Shown here one piece after another: positions 19,309 to 29,084 of a DNA stretch of 64,000 nucleotides. Positions within the stretch are counted from its first letter, which is position 1, and each line of letters begins with the position of its first letter. The notes under the pieces were generated by a model, which saw nothing but the letters and a program-made list of their open reading frames with translations, ran no database searches and was not told the DNA's origin. The position numbers were made by a program, and so were the translations under genes. The DNA is from a virus: the IMG/VR virus record IMGVR_UViG_3300020421_000003. The stretch is one strand, 5' to 3'.

Positions 19309-19333
19309 TCTAGACCCCGATTAGTGTATGATT

Positions 19334-22300
19334 TTAGATAACCAATTCACGGATTTGAATGTTGTCTCCAGTCTGAGGCACTGTGCCGACTGAGAAGTCA
19401 ACCGCGTTAGCAGTAACTGTGTAGTCAGTCCCAGGACGTTGACAAACACCATTCAAGAATACCAATAATGAATATGCATTATGACCAGGCGAGATAGCAA
19501 AGGATGACGTTGATCCATTGCCTGTATACATCACACCGTTGTTTCCATTACTAATTCCAGTCGCCAATGAGTATTTATCAGCGCAACCATATTTACCAGT
19601 CACATCAATGTCACCGCTAACCATTACGTTACCAGCAATCTTCATGCGATTGGATGCATCAGGTGCGATGCCAATACCATAATGTGTTTCACCACTAAAC
19701 CTATTAGATGTGATAGGTGTAGTATCACTTAGACCAAACTTATACCATGTGCCTGAGTCGTAAATCCAACCCAAGGCAAGACCTGGAGCCCAGTCAATGT
19801 TGTAGCAGAGATCACCGCTGTTGTATGCTTCACCAGAATCAACCTCAGGGTTACCTGAGGAATCCTCTTCTGCCATGAGGATGTTTCTCAACACCGTGCC
19901 ATCTTGGTTGGACAGTGTGAAGTTAACAGTCTGCACTGTATCCTGTGATGTAATCTTCTTCTGGAAGGTTACAGGACCAGAGAATACAGATTCCAACTGG
20001 TTAGATGCACCACCAATAACAGTTAGTTTATCAGTCAGCACCAACTCAGAGAATGTCTCAATAGTTGTGCCTTCTTCACCCAACACGTTAAGTTGTGCAA
20101 TATCTTCGTTAGTGATCTGACCTGTAACTGGGTTAATAACTTGGTTACCAACAAACAACTCACCGTCAGAGTTAACACCAGAGTAGTATGCAACACCTGC
20201 TGCTTCTTTCAGTGACTGAGACAGGCGAACTTGGGCAGGACTGAGCACTTCCACCTGTGTAGATGGGAATGCAGTTGAGTAGTTACCAGGACCGAAACCA
20301 AGATACTCAAACGTGTGACCAGATGCTCTAAGAATAGAGTATCTTCTCAACTCACAGAGAATAGGTTGGACACTATTGTCAGCGTTAAGTTTCAATGGGA
20401 TCTTACGATCTTCTGCTTCACCCAGGCGTGCAGTGACAGAAATGCCATTCAGCACGTTAGATGTAGTGTTATAACCTAGGTTATTCTCACTCTCAAGCAG
20501 GAAGAATTGTGATGATTCCTTTGTAATAGATCTCTCTGTATCCTTATTAGGGACAGGAGATGCACCATCAGTTGTAGTAACTAAACCTAGAGTTTCGTTA
20601 TCTGCAATAGAAACTGCAGCGGCAGGATCAGCAACAGGGTTGTCTCTATCGAATGCAGGATAGAGGTCAACTGTCTGCTGTGAGAAGAAGAAATCGTTGA
20701 AGTTAGAGGTAGATGGTGATACTGACGCATTCAATAGTGTCAGATAGTAGATACCATCGGTAACACCCCTTTCAAATGTTTGATATGTCTCAGTAGCATA
20801 GACATAGTATGTCTTACTGTATGCAGGGGAGTTTGTTTCACTGGATCTAGGTTGTAATACGAAACCAGTGATGGGCTCTCTAGGCACTGGGAATGCATCT
20901 TTGTCCAGCACATAGCGATAACGATATACTCTGTCAACCAAGTTACGAGCATCAGGCACACGACGAATGTATGTCGTAGGTGTGAATCCGAGGTTTTGAT
21001 AGAGTGAGTTTGCTTGTAGCGTAGTATAAATGGTATTCTGTGCTGCGTTACCGTCAACCTGAATATACCATTGATTGTTGCTACTATCCCACTTGAGTGG
21101 TGATTCATCATCACCAGCACGGGTGCCAGTTACATCCTTACCAGAAGGATTGATGTCTGCATAGTGTGCAGTGGGTTCAGACGCGCCAGATGCAAGCAAG
21201 AGGACATATAGACGGTCAGGGGTGTTAACGTCGTCTCTTCTTGCACCAACAGTATAACCTTGGACCTTACTTGGTGGTCTTCCAGTTTCTACTGTGTATC
21301 CATATATGAATAGTTTAGTTGGGTCTGCTACAGATCGGGTCTTGGTAATATCAATTGTGACCCAGTTGATCGAAATTTCATCAACATCTGACAGCGACTT
21401 GGGAGGAATAACGTGGGTAATCTGTCCCGCTTTATCCTTAGTAAATGATGCTGCTTTGAAACCTTTGCTTCGCAGCGACGTATTTCCGAAGTTAGAGTTT
21501 GAGTTAGTAATGGATAAGTCACCACCAGACTCACTAAAGAAATGGTCACCAAATCCCACAGCAAACACAGACACAACCTGAATGAATGAATCATTGGATG
21601 CGTGGATATGGACGTGACGCCATCCTTTACGGTATTTACATAGACCGTTAATGTGTGCGCCAGATCCAGAAGCTTGTGCTTCATAGTTTCCTGTATTAGG
21701 GTTATACAGCACGAATGCACGGTCATCCTTTTGAAGGGAGATTCCCGTGAATTGAGCCACAACCATCGACTTAAATCCAGTTGCTTGACTACCATCGGCG
21801 TGCATACCGTTGATACCCCAAACACTTCTTAGTGATAGGTTAAAGACATATGGTGAGGCAGAGTCAACTGTGTCGATCTCAACCTTAACTAGGACATTAC
21901 TACCCAAAGCATTACCTGAGGGCTCTGCTGACATCTGATAGGTAAACTGGTTACCCTGTGCAGATGTTACCAGGAATGATCCATTATAGAGGAGAGCATC
22001 TTGGTCAGTAGGACCTGTAACCCCAGAAATATTAACAGCGACACCCACGGAGAATCCATGATTCTTCGGGTTACCAAGTTCATCAACTGTGAATGCTGTG
22101 GCGGTTTGTCCATTTCGGATGATCTGTGAGACTGCAAATTCGTCGGAAATAGGACCAACGATTCTGTTTTCCTCGACCCTTGGTTGCAACTGGTCTTGTG
22201 ATGGCAAACCTGAAGTATCAGGAATAACTGCGTAACCTTTAGAGATCTTCTGATAGTAGAGCTCTAGATCATCACCGTTGGCATATTCAAAACAAGTAAT

Positions 22301-22912
22301 CTTATGGTGTGAGAAGTTAGGTGCAATCTGACTCAGGTCATCTCTATAATAGACACCAGTGTTGTCCCCATCAAAGAAGGACATCTGCCAGAAATAACAA
22401 CCACCAGTTAACCTAAAGATAGCAGAAGGGCCAGGTTCATTAGCAGCAGTAATACCGAGACTACCCTGTACTGTGGGATAAGGGACGTATTTCGGAATGA
22501 TTTTGGTTCTACGAAGGTCCGAACCAACAACAGAGACACCACGAGGACAAATAACACCACCACGAGTTGAATTAAATTTATAAAGCTCATTACTCGCTGA
22601 GGTTAGATCAAAGTTGGTGTTTTCATTAAACGGTTGAATCTGGTTGTAATCCGCAAGACCAGGACGGTTATCAATAACATACTCTGATGGATACAGGTAG
22701 ATACTGAATGCGTCAAATTCGTCATTACTTAGACCCACACGATATGAGAAACGTGCCACCTCAAGGAAAGCACGTTGCAACGACTTAAATGGACGCAATG
22801 CCGAGTTACCTCGGTTATCAAATGCGTCCGATGCATCAAAGTCATCAGGGTTGACGTAAATAATACGCCCAGTCCTCGACGTGATTATATTTTTAAGACG
22901 TGTTAATGCCAT
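19334..22912 (-). CDS. large cyanomyophage virion structural protein
   Basis: N-terminus MALTRLKNII...YVNPDDFDASD...PFKSLQRA and RRYSILRASGHTFEYLGFGPGNYSTAFP recognised as a conserved cyanophage structural family. Confidence 0.8.
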   Translation of the reverse strand: MALTRLKNIITSRTGRIIYVNPDDFDASDAFDNRGNSALRPFKSLQRAFLEVARFSYRVGLSNDEFDAFSIYLYPSEYVIDNRPGLADYNQIQPFNENTNFDLTSASNELYKFNSTRGGVICPRGVSVVGSDLRRTKIIPKYVPYPTVQGSLGITAANEPGPSAIFRLTGGCYFWQMSFFDGDNTGVYYRDDLSQIAPNFSHHKITCFEYANGDDLELYYQKISKGYAVIPDTSGLPSQDQLQPRVEENRIVGPISDEFAVSQIIRNGQTATAFTVDELGNPKNHGFSVGVAVNISGVTGPTDQDALLYNGSFLVTSAQGNQFTYQMSAEPSGNALGSNVLVKVEIDTVDSASPYVFNLSLRSVWGINGMHADGSQATGFKSMVVAQFTGISLQKDDRAFVLYNPNTGNYEAQASGSGAHINGLCKYRKGWRHVHIHASNDSFIQVVSVFAVGFGDHFFSESGGDLSITNSNSNFGNTSLRSKGFKAASFTKDKAGQITHVIPPKSLSDVDEISINWVTIDITKTRSVADPTKLFIYGYTVETGRPPSKVQGYTVGARRDDVNTPDRLYVLLLASGASEPTAHYADINPSGKDVTGTRAGDDESPLKWDSSNNQWYIQVDGNAAQNTIYTTLQANSLYQNLGFTPTTYIRRVPDARNLVDRVYRYRYVLDKDAFPVPREPITGFVLQPRSSETNSPAYSKTYYVYATETYQTFERGVTDGIYYLTLLNASVSPSTSNFNDFFFSQQTVDLYPAFDRDNPVADPAAAVSIADNETLGLVTTTDGASPVPNKDTERSITKESSQFFLLESENNLGYNTTSNVLNGISVTARLGEAEDRKIPLKLNADNSVQPILCELRRYSILRASGHTFEYLGFGPGNYSTAFPSTQVEVLSPAQVRLSQSLKEAAGVAYYSGVNSDGELFVGNQVINPVTGQITNEDIAQLNVLGEEGTTIETFSELVLTDKLTVIGGASNQLESVFSGPVTFQKKITSQDTVQTVNFTLSNQDGTVLRNILMAEEDSSGNPEVDSGEAYNSGDLCYNIDWAPGLALGWIYDSGTWYKFGLSDTTPITSNRFSGETHYGIGIAPDASNRMKIAGNVMVSGDIDVTGKYGCADKYSLATGISNGNNGVMYTGNGSTSSFAISPGHNAYSLLVFLNGVCQRPGTDYTVTANAVDFSVGTVPQTGDNIQIRELVI

Positions 22913-22957
22913 CTTCTATAAGAGTCCTGCTATATGGTTATTTATTAAGGGTCAAGA

Positions 22958-25192
22958 CTATGGGGCGGGAGCAGCACCACCGTCTGCTTCAGTCTGCTTC
23001 TTAATCATATTGATAACAGTGAGATCATCCGAAGCGGACTCGAAACCATTAACAACGTAACTTAGATCAGCAGCAGAGGAATAGACGAGAATATTCTGTC
23101 CAGGACCCACTACAACACCAGAAATCTTTTCTGTATCATTTGCTGCAATAGCGTTATCGTAGTAGAGGTAATCTTCTGCGCTATAAAGACCTGTCTGACT
23201 TGTTTGCTCAGCAGTAGAGATAGTAGCAGCATTAAATGTTAATGCAGCACCACCACCGTTGCCCAGTTGTGAATCATTGATCTGAATAGTTTCAGCAGCA
23301 GCAAAATCTTCGCCACCATCAACAATAGTAACAGTTGCAGCACCAGACCCATCAACAACTACAGTGAATTTTGCCTTAGCAATATTACCTGAAGCACCAG
23401 TGGCATTTGCGGTCAGATTAGAGTATGTGCCAGCAGAGCGAGCAGCATCAGCAGCACCAACAGTGTCAACAGATAGAATCTTACCAGTGACTGCCTTCAC
23501 CATGACACGAGTGCCATTATTTAATGTTGGCGTGTCAAGGAATTCAGTGTTATCTGTAAATGCAGTAGATCCTTCGCCTAAAGCAACCTTCAGGTGTGCT
23601 TTTGCAGGATCCCAATCCAACACATAACCATAAGGACCAGCGACAATACCATTCTGCTGGACAGTCTGGGTCACGTTGTTGATCGTGAAGGTGTCACCTG
23701 CAATCAGGGGCTCACCAGCAACATCATAGATGTAGATATCTTCGTAAGTAGGATTAGTTTGGACACTAACACCGAAACCAATACCAACTGTTGCTGCAGG
23801 AGGGTTACCAGTCGTGCCATCTGCATATACAAACAGTGAGATTCCAGTATTCTCATCGATAGCAATCGATGTGTATGCACCTGCTTGACCTGCAGTACCC
23901 ACCTTACTAACACCCTGAGTATACTCTGTGCCAGGAGTAGCGTCATTAGGACCCTCCACAGCATCATTGGAGAGTTTCAGAGGATAACCAGTGTTGGATG
24001 AATCTGATATATCAAACTTATAGGTGCGGTCAATGTTAAGTTGCAACTGACCGATATAAACATGATCGGTAGCAGAAGGTCCAGTGGGAGTAACAACAAA
24101 CTTGGTGAGAATAGTTGCACTCACGTTAGTTGTAAAGTTAAGACCAGCAGAAGCATTAGATGTGCCACCAGTGATTGTTTCGCCTTCACTGAAATAGTTA
24201 ACCAGATAGGTGCCGTTATCAATCAGCAGAGTAACGTTAACACCATCGTTATGATCAACATCAGCAGTGCCGTAGATACCACGCTGCAGGGTAAGATCGT
24301 TACCGTTAACCTGATCAATAGTGCAGAGCTCGTTATCAATTACGACAACACCACCAGATACAAATCCAGTGGAGTCAGTAACAGTTAGAGTTGAGTCACC
24401 AGAGGCAAAAGTTGCACCCTCGTTAATAGTTGTAACGGTAGCAGATGCAGACCATGCATTAGATGCAAGACCAGCAGGCACTACGCGAGCAGTTGTGCCC
24501 AGTCCAGAGCGACTAACTGTGACGATATTAGTAGCAGTGTCAACACCAGATGCATCGATAGTGACAACTTCAGCAGCAGCATCGTCTGTGGTGCCTAGAG
24601 TCACATACATGCCATCAGCAAGACCCGTTGTGCGGGAGAATGCCATCGCAGTGACACCCGTAGCATAAGATGTAAATTCTAGATCTGCACCAGTAAGTGA
24701 TCCACCACGATATAAAGCAGTGTAACCAGAATCACCACCAGTTAGAGTCTCACCACCCACAAATGTGCCAGCAGCAGAGTCTGCTTGGAATTGGATAGTA
24801 GAAATATCTTTTACTTGGGTGTAGTAAGTAACCTCACCCGTTGCCTTGAAGATGTCAAGGATCTTACCACTTGATGCGTTGGTAGAGAGAAATTCTCCTC
24901 CAGGGATGGCATCAGCAAATGAAAACCCAGGGTTAACAGTGACTTTATATGCACTGATTGGGTTGCCTTTAGTAAACTTATAGGTAGATGCCGATCCACC
25001 ATTCTCGGATTCGGGTCCATCTAGGTGCAGCACCTGATCGTAGTCCCTTAATGCCATCCGATAAGTGGCACCACTACCAGACTGGTTGCATACACTAACA
25101 ACTGTGCTGCCAGTTACAGTAGTCGGACACCTGTAAAGGACCGTATTTGTGGTTGCTCCTGGTTTAGAAGCTGCGAGTCTTCCTGCTGTCAT
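22958..25192 (-). CDS. virion structural protein
   Basis: MTAGRLAA..P.ATTNTVLY N-terminus and C-terminal YVVNGFE; T/G/S-rich interior. Confidence 0.75.
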   Translation of the reverse strand: MTAGRLAASKPGATTNTVLYRCPTTVTGSTVVSVCNQSGSGATYRMALRDYDQVLHLDGPESENGGSASTYKFTKGNPISAYKVTVNPGFSFADAIPGGEFLSTNASSGKILDIFKATGEVTYYTQVKDISTIQFQADSAAGTFVGGETLTGGDSGYTALYRGGSLTGADLEFTSYATGVTAMAFSRTTGLADGMYVTLGTTDDAAAEVVTIDASGVDTATNIVTVSRSGLGTTARVVPAGLASNAWSASATVTTINEGATFASGDSTLTVTDSTGFVSGGVVVIDNELCTIDQVNGNDLTLQRGIYGTADVDHNDGVNVTLLIDNGTYLVNYFSEGETITGGTSNASAGLNFTTNVSATILTKFVVTPTGPSATDHVYIGQLQLNIDRTYKFDISDSSNTGYPLKLSNDAVEGPNDATPGTEYTQGVSKVGTAGQAGAYTSIAIDENTGISLFVYADGTTGNPPAATVGIGFGVSVQTNPTYEDIYIYDVAGEPLIAGDTFTINNVTQTVQQNGIVAGPYGYVLDWDPAKAHLKVALGEGSTAFTDNTEFLDTPTLNNGTRVMVKAVTGKILSVDTVGAADAARSAGTYSNLTANATGASGNIAKAKFTVVVDGSGAATVTIVDGGEDFAAAETIQINDSQLGNGGGAALTFNAATISTAEQTSQTGLYSAEDYLYYDNAIAANDTEKISGVVVGPGQNILVYSSAADLSYVVNGFESASDDLTVINMIKKQTEADGGAAPAP

Positions 25193-25199
25193 TTGTTAA

Positions 25200-26537
25200 T
25201 TACCAACCTGCTTGGAAAAATGATTGTAGTCTTAGTTGCCCACCCAAAACAGGTGCGGCAAGTGCTCCACCGAAACTAATTGCAACGTTACTAATGTTAT
25301 TAGTAGATAGAAGTGTTGCATCAGCGTCAGGGAATTGAATGGAGCGAGCTCCAGTCAAGTTGCTGGCATCAATAGTAATGATACCGTTAACGTCATCTGG
25401 GTTATTTATCTTCGCCAGTTCTAACGTTTTATTATAAAGAACTTGTGTCTTTCTTTCAGACACCAGCATATTAACTAATGTGCCGTTATTCAACGGTGCT
25501 GCTGGATCATCATCAGGAAAAGCAAACACATAGGTTTGGTTGTCCTCAATGTTGCTGAGATCCATTTGGATCTTTCTGGTATCATCACCAACGTCAGCAA
25601 AGATTGCACCTTTGTATATCTTGTTGGTAAGTGTCTGTGACGATGCTTCACCAACTACCTTGATATTCAAATCAGGGAAGGTAACCGTGCGGTTATTGCT
25701 CAGCAACGAAGAATCAAAGATCACATATCTTGTGGGGTCATTCTCTTCATCTGTTGAGGGAGTGTTAGAGAATGTGGGATTGACCATGTTTTTGTTGAAA
25801 ACATTTTGGTCAGAGATGTCGTCCAACAAAGTAGACTGAGTATTAGCAGCACCAAAGTCAGGCAACTTGTAAGTGTGCTGACCAGGACTTTCCCAAGCGT
25901 CACATTCAAATTTTGCGATCTTATCAGTTGAAGTAGATCCTGTGATCTGCAACTCACCGTCTTTAATAATGATCGTCTTGTTTGTGACAGTCTGGAAAGT
26001 ATCATTCGCCAGAATAGTGGTGCTTGTGTTTGTACCTACATTAGGTAGATCGAAACGACGTGTGCCAGACTGGGTTGAGATTGTATCAACGTTGAATTGC
26101 ACTCTCTTTGCAGGGTTTTGATCACCTTGCAAGAAGAATTGTGCATCAGTCTGAATGATAGGACCATTAATAGTAAAAAATCCACTACCCTGTGGAGTCA
26201 TTTCTATGCTTGACGTTGCAGATGCACTGTCAACAGCACGAATGATCAGGGTAGAGGATCCATCAGTGTTTTCTCTTCTAGTATTATAGAGAGATGCTGA
26301 TCCAAATGCTAGACCAATCTCATTAATCGCTGACTGGTATATCCCACTATCTCGGTCCAAGTCAAACGCTAATCCAGGTGCTGATGCGCTACCTGCGCTT
26401 ACACCACGGAATAGTTGATTGACCTTTGCCTTACGGTTTGGAATCAGAGGGTCAGAGATAACGATAGGCAGAATTGCCTCGCCAGTAACGAGCGCATCTG
26501 CAATCGTATCTAATTGGGATATACGTTTAGTTGCCAC
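25200..26537 (-). CDS. virion structural protein
   Basis: TKRISQL start, internal TLTNK/FPD repeats; late promoter TATAAATA upstream. Confidence 0.7.
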   Translation of the reverse strand: MATKRISQLDTIADALVTGEAILPIVISDPLIPNRKAKVNQLFRGVSAGSASAPGLAFDLDRDSGIYQSAINEIGLAFGSASLYNTRRENTDGSSTLIIRAVDSASATSSIEMTPQGSGFFTINGPIIQTDAQFFLQGDQNPAKRVQFNVDTISTQSGTRRFDLPNVGTNTSTTILANDTFQTVTNKTIIIKDGELQITGSTSTDKIAKFECDAWESPGQHTYKLPDFGAANTQSTLLDDISDQNVFNKNMVNPTFSNTPSTDEENDPTRYVIFDSSLLSNNRTVTFPDLNIKVVGEASSQTLTNKIYKGAIFADVGDDTRKIQMDLSNIEDNQTYVFAFPDDDPAAPLNNGTLVNMLVSERKTQVLYNKTLELAKINNPDDVNGIITIDASNLTGARSIQFPDADATLLSTNNISNVAISFGGALAAPVLGGQLRLQSFFQAGW

Positions 26538-26563
26538 GAAATCTCAGCACAATTGCTACAGTT

Positions 26564-27241
26564 TTATTTATAACCGTTTTTCTCCAACCATTCATTTGTC
26601 ATAGGTGTAGGAGGATAAACTTCCCACATATTACCCCGCGCACATGCTTGGAGAGCACTCATTGTCATTCCTTCAGTCTTACCTGCCCAGAATGCTTCTT
26701 TCTCCCAAGGGATTGCTCCTGGTTGGAATCTGTAGGTGTCAGCAGCAATCTCTTGCCAGATCTTGGGCACCTTGTCCTCATCCATAATGATAGCGATCAT
26801 GGAGTTGTTGATAGTGCCTGCCATGCAATCCTGTGCGGCGTGCCATCCTTCATGACGCATTACACTCATCAGAGTTTCAGGACGATGCATGAATGCTCGG
26901 TTGAGATAGAAGTTGTTGCTCACAGTGTGATATACACCACGATGTCCAACAGGGAAGTATTTTGAATCTGCAAGATATACTTTGACTCCAACCTGATTCA
27001 ATGCCACAAGCATTTGGTTGAATTCATTAGAAGCGAAAGTAAACCTATCGGGACTATCATACTGAGACGAGACATCCAGAAGTGAAAAGACTTCTGTTAC
27101 CCCCTCAGTACACTCTTGTAGGAGCATACAACCCATAGAATGATTAGTGAAGTATTCACTATCTTTGAGTGGTTTGGCATTGACTGGCAATGTTGCCAAT
27201 CCTAGCAGTGCTCCTGCCAATAATACATTGCGAAATTTCAT
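26564..27241 (-). CDS. secreted HExxH (zincin-like) protein
   Basis: Signal-peptide-like N-terminus; VMRHEGWHAAQ and downstream E.EA. Confidence 0.6.
   Translation of the reverse strand: MKFRNVLLAGALLGLATLPVNAKPLKDSEYFTNHSMGCMLLQECTEGVTEVFSLLDVSSQYDSPDRFTFASNEFNQMLVALNQVGVKVYLADSKYFPVGHRGVYHTVSNNFYLNRAFMHRPETLMSVMRHEGWHAAQDCMAGTINNSMIAIIMDEDKVPKIWQEIAADTYRFQPGAIPWEKEAFWAGKTEGMTMSALQACARGNMWEVYPPTPMTNEWLEKNGYK
26565..26572 (-). promoter_or_regulatory. T4-type late promoter TATAAATA
   Basis: Exact T4 gp55 consensus ~30 nt upstream of 26537; shorter TAAATA boxes also precede 14540, 15381, 16214, 17044, 22912, 31826, 41555, 46600, 52587 and 58738. Confidence 0.8.
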
Positions 27242-27564
27242 ACTAATAACCGTTTAAGTTTACCTTCAACAAAATGTAGCATTATCCTAGGAAAGGGTGC
27301 ATAATGTGCATTCCAGACTGCAGGATAGACCTCAATACTCTTTGTAGCATAGTAGGGTTTCACCTTACCATGCAAACCGTTGGGCACATAACCCTTAGGA
27401 TCTTCTCTTGAAAAGTCCTGAGTGTCGCTGTAATCAACTTCCCATAATTGACCTGCAGGATCTAAGAAAAATGTATACATCCATCCGTCAAGATCTTTTG
27501 TTTGTAGAGGTCTCTTGTAAAAACCTGCACCAAGATCAAAGTGACATAGGATGGTGTCATACAT
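27238..27564 (-). CDS. hypothetical protein
   Basis: MYD...LQTKDL...F.EG family-like pattern. Confidence 0.65.
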   Translation of the reverse strand: MYDTILCHFDLGAGFYKRPLQTKDLDGWMYTFFLDPAGQLWEVDYSDTQDFSREDPKGYVPNGLHGKVKPYYATKSIEVYPAVWNAHYAPFPRIMLHFVEGKLKRLLV

Positions 27565-27574
27565 TATAAAATCC

Positions 27575-28060
27575 TCAAGAAAAACTCAATGTTGCTCTTG
27601 GTCCTAATACCAAGGGCTCATGATGCAGGTATTTAGGTATGAATAGTGCATCGCCTGGCTCCATAAAAACTTCACCAAGACCATCTACACCATAACCTAT
27701 ATCTCCAATAATAGGCACAATCATGACATCTACTGTATCATTGTGCCTACCAAAGGTGCTAGATCCACCACTCAGTGAAACATACTGGTGGAATTCTCTC
27801 ATACCATAGTTGAGTTTCATATGCTCTGCAAGAGGGCGCATACTCCATGGAATATACTTCCCCTCGGAGATCATAGTATTCATACCACCCCTATGTAAGA
27901 CAAGTGTCCTTGATTCGTTAAGGATTTCTTCAGGTTTGATTTTCGGTGCGATCACCGTGAAATCTTTTTGTTGCCTGTCGGTTTCCAACTTATCAAATAC
28001 ATCTTCCCAGGTGATATTACTTACGTCAACTATTCTTTTTGACAGCTTTGCTTGACTCAT
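27575..28060 (-). CDS. cupin/JmjC-like protein
   Basis: FGRHNDTVDV, MEPGDALFIPKYLHH, PRATLSFS. Confidence 0.75.
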   Translation of the reverse strand: MSQAKLSKRIVDVSNITWEDVFDKLETDRQQKDFTVIAPKIKPEEILNESRTLVLHRGGMNTMISEGKYIPWSMRPLAEHMKLNYGMREFHQYVSLSGGSSTFGRHNDTVDVMIVPIIGDIGYGVDGLGEVFMEPGDALFIPKYLHHEPLVLGPRATLSFS

Positions 28061-28148
28061 GGAGTTTCTTAACTGCTTTGACCGTTTCGGGTGTTTCTTC
28101 CCATTCCCAGGTGTCTCCACCCTTCCCAATGAATTGTTTCTTAGGCAT
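28026..28148 (-). CDS. small hypothetical protein (40 aa)
   Basis: MPKKQFIGKGGDTWEWEETPE...; GGAGGAG RBS; overlaps the upstream stop. Confidence 0.55.
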   Translation of the reverse strand: MPKKQFIGKGGDTWEWEETPETVKAVKKLHESSKAVKKNS

Positions 28149-28362
28149 TTTTCTCCTCCTTTTTTGTTTTGAAGTAGAGTTTATAATACCTCTTCTTCAT
28201 TTCATTGATGGTGTCCATATCTTCCTTGAAACCCATATATTTAAGATGTTGGGATGTGCCCTCCATCTCACTAATGAGTAGCAGGAGACCTACACCAGTG
28301 ACAGGTCTCCCACCGAAATCATATGAACTCTTGACTGCAGGATCAGTCAGGGACTTCCTCAT
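28141..28362 (-). CDS. hypothetical protein
   Basis: YDFGGRPV...LKYMGF.ED...MKKRYYK; start uncertain. Confidence 0.6.
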   Translation of the reverse strand: MRKSLTDPAVKSSYDFGGRPVTGVGLLLLISEMEGTSQHLKYMGFKEDMDTINEMKKRYYKLYFKTKKEEKNA

Positions 28363-28615
28363 AATTTTCAATCCAATCACTGAGATCAAATAGGATGGGA
28401 TGACATCCTTCTAACACCAGATAGTCTGATGATGTGTAGAGATCATCCATCGTAAATTCTCGTGCAGTATCTGCATCGAGTTTGACTTCTTCTAATTCAC
28501 TCATAAACTTCGGCAACTCTTCAAATGTAAACGGCATACCCTGGATGAAGTACATCTGGACTATACCTATGTCTTCCAAATGATGAAAAGAGCTAGTGAT
28601 CCGAACCTTCTGCAT
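28343..28615 (-). CDS. hypothetical protein
   Basis: MYFI.GMPFTF...YL..E.CHP. Confidence 0.65.
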   Translation of the reverse strand: MQKVRITSSFHHLEDIGIVQMYFIQGMPFTFEELPKFMSELEEVKLDADTAREFTMDDLYTSSDYLVLEGCHPILFDLSDWIENYEEVPD

Positions 28616-28616
28616 C

Positions 28617-28865
28617 TTAGAAACCTTGCGTCATTTCTCCAAGAGACTCTGCAACGTATGCCTGGACCGCAGCAGGGTCAGGCACAAATTCTTCAGGGTC
28701 TGGGATATTTATCTCAGATCCTTTATCCTTGGTGACGAGAGGTGTCATCATACAAATACCGCCTGGATGGACGATTTTGATTGTATGTCCTCTCTCAACA
28801 AGGGAGAATACGAAGTCGAAGTTTGCCTGGACTTCGGCACAGTCTAATGTAATAATGCTATTCAT
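28617..28865 (-). CDS. Phd/YefM-like small protein
   Basis: EVQANFDFVFSLVERGHTIKI resembles the Phd/YefM N-terminal fold. Confidence 0.45.
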   Translation of the reverse strand: MNSIITLDCAEVQANFDFVFSLVERGHTIKIVHPGGICMMTPLVTKDKGSEINIPDPEEFVPDPAAVQAYVAESLGEMTQGF

Positions 28866-29053
28866 GCGAGATAAGTGATTAGATCTTCAGGGAGGTTTTT
28901 GTTGAATTCAGCGATAGTCTCACTGAAACCCTCGGCACCTTCTTCATCAAACTTCCATTTGATAACTTCGTCCACACCCTCACTATCCATCATTTTGATG
29001 GAGCGTTGAGAGATGGTAACCCAGATGTGCTCAAGGTAGGTATCGGTTTCCAT
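28862..29053 (-). CDS. hypothetical protein
   Basis: 63-aa acidic ORF coupled to the downstream gene. Confidence 0.6.
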   Translation of the reverse strand: METDTYLEHIWVTISQRSIKMMDSEGVDEVIKWKFDEEGAEGFSETIAEFNKNLPEDLITYLA

Positions 29054-29084
29054 GGGAGCATGATGAAGACTCCCATATCATACC

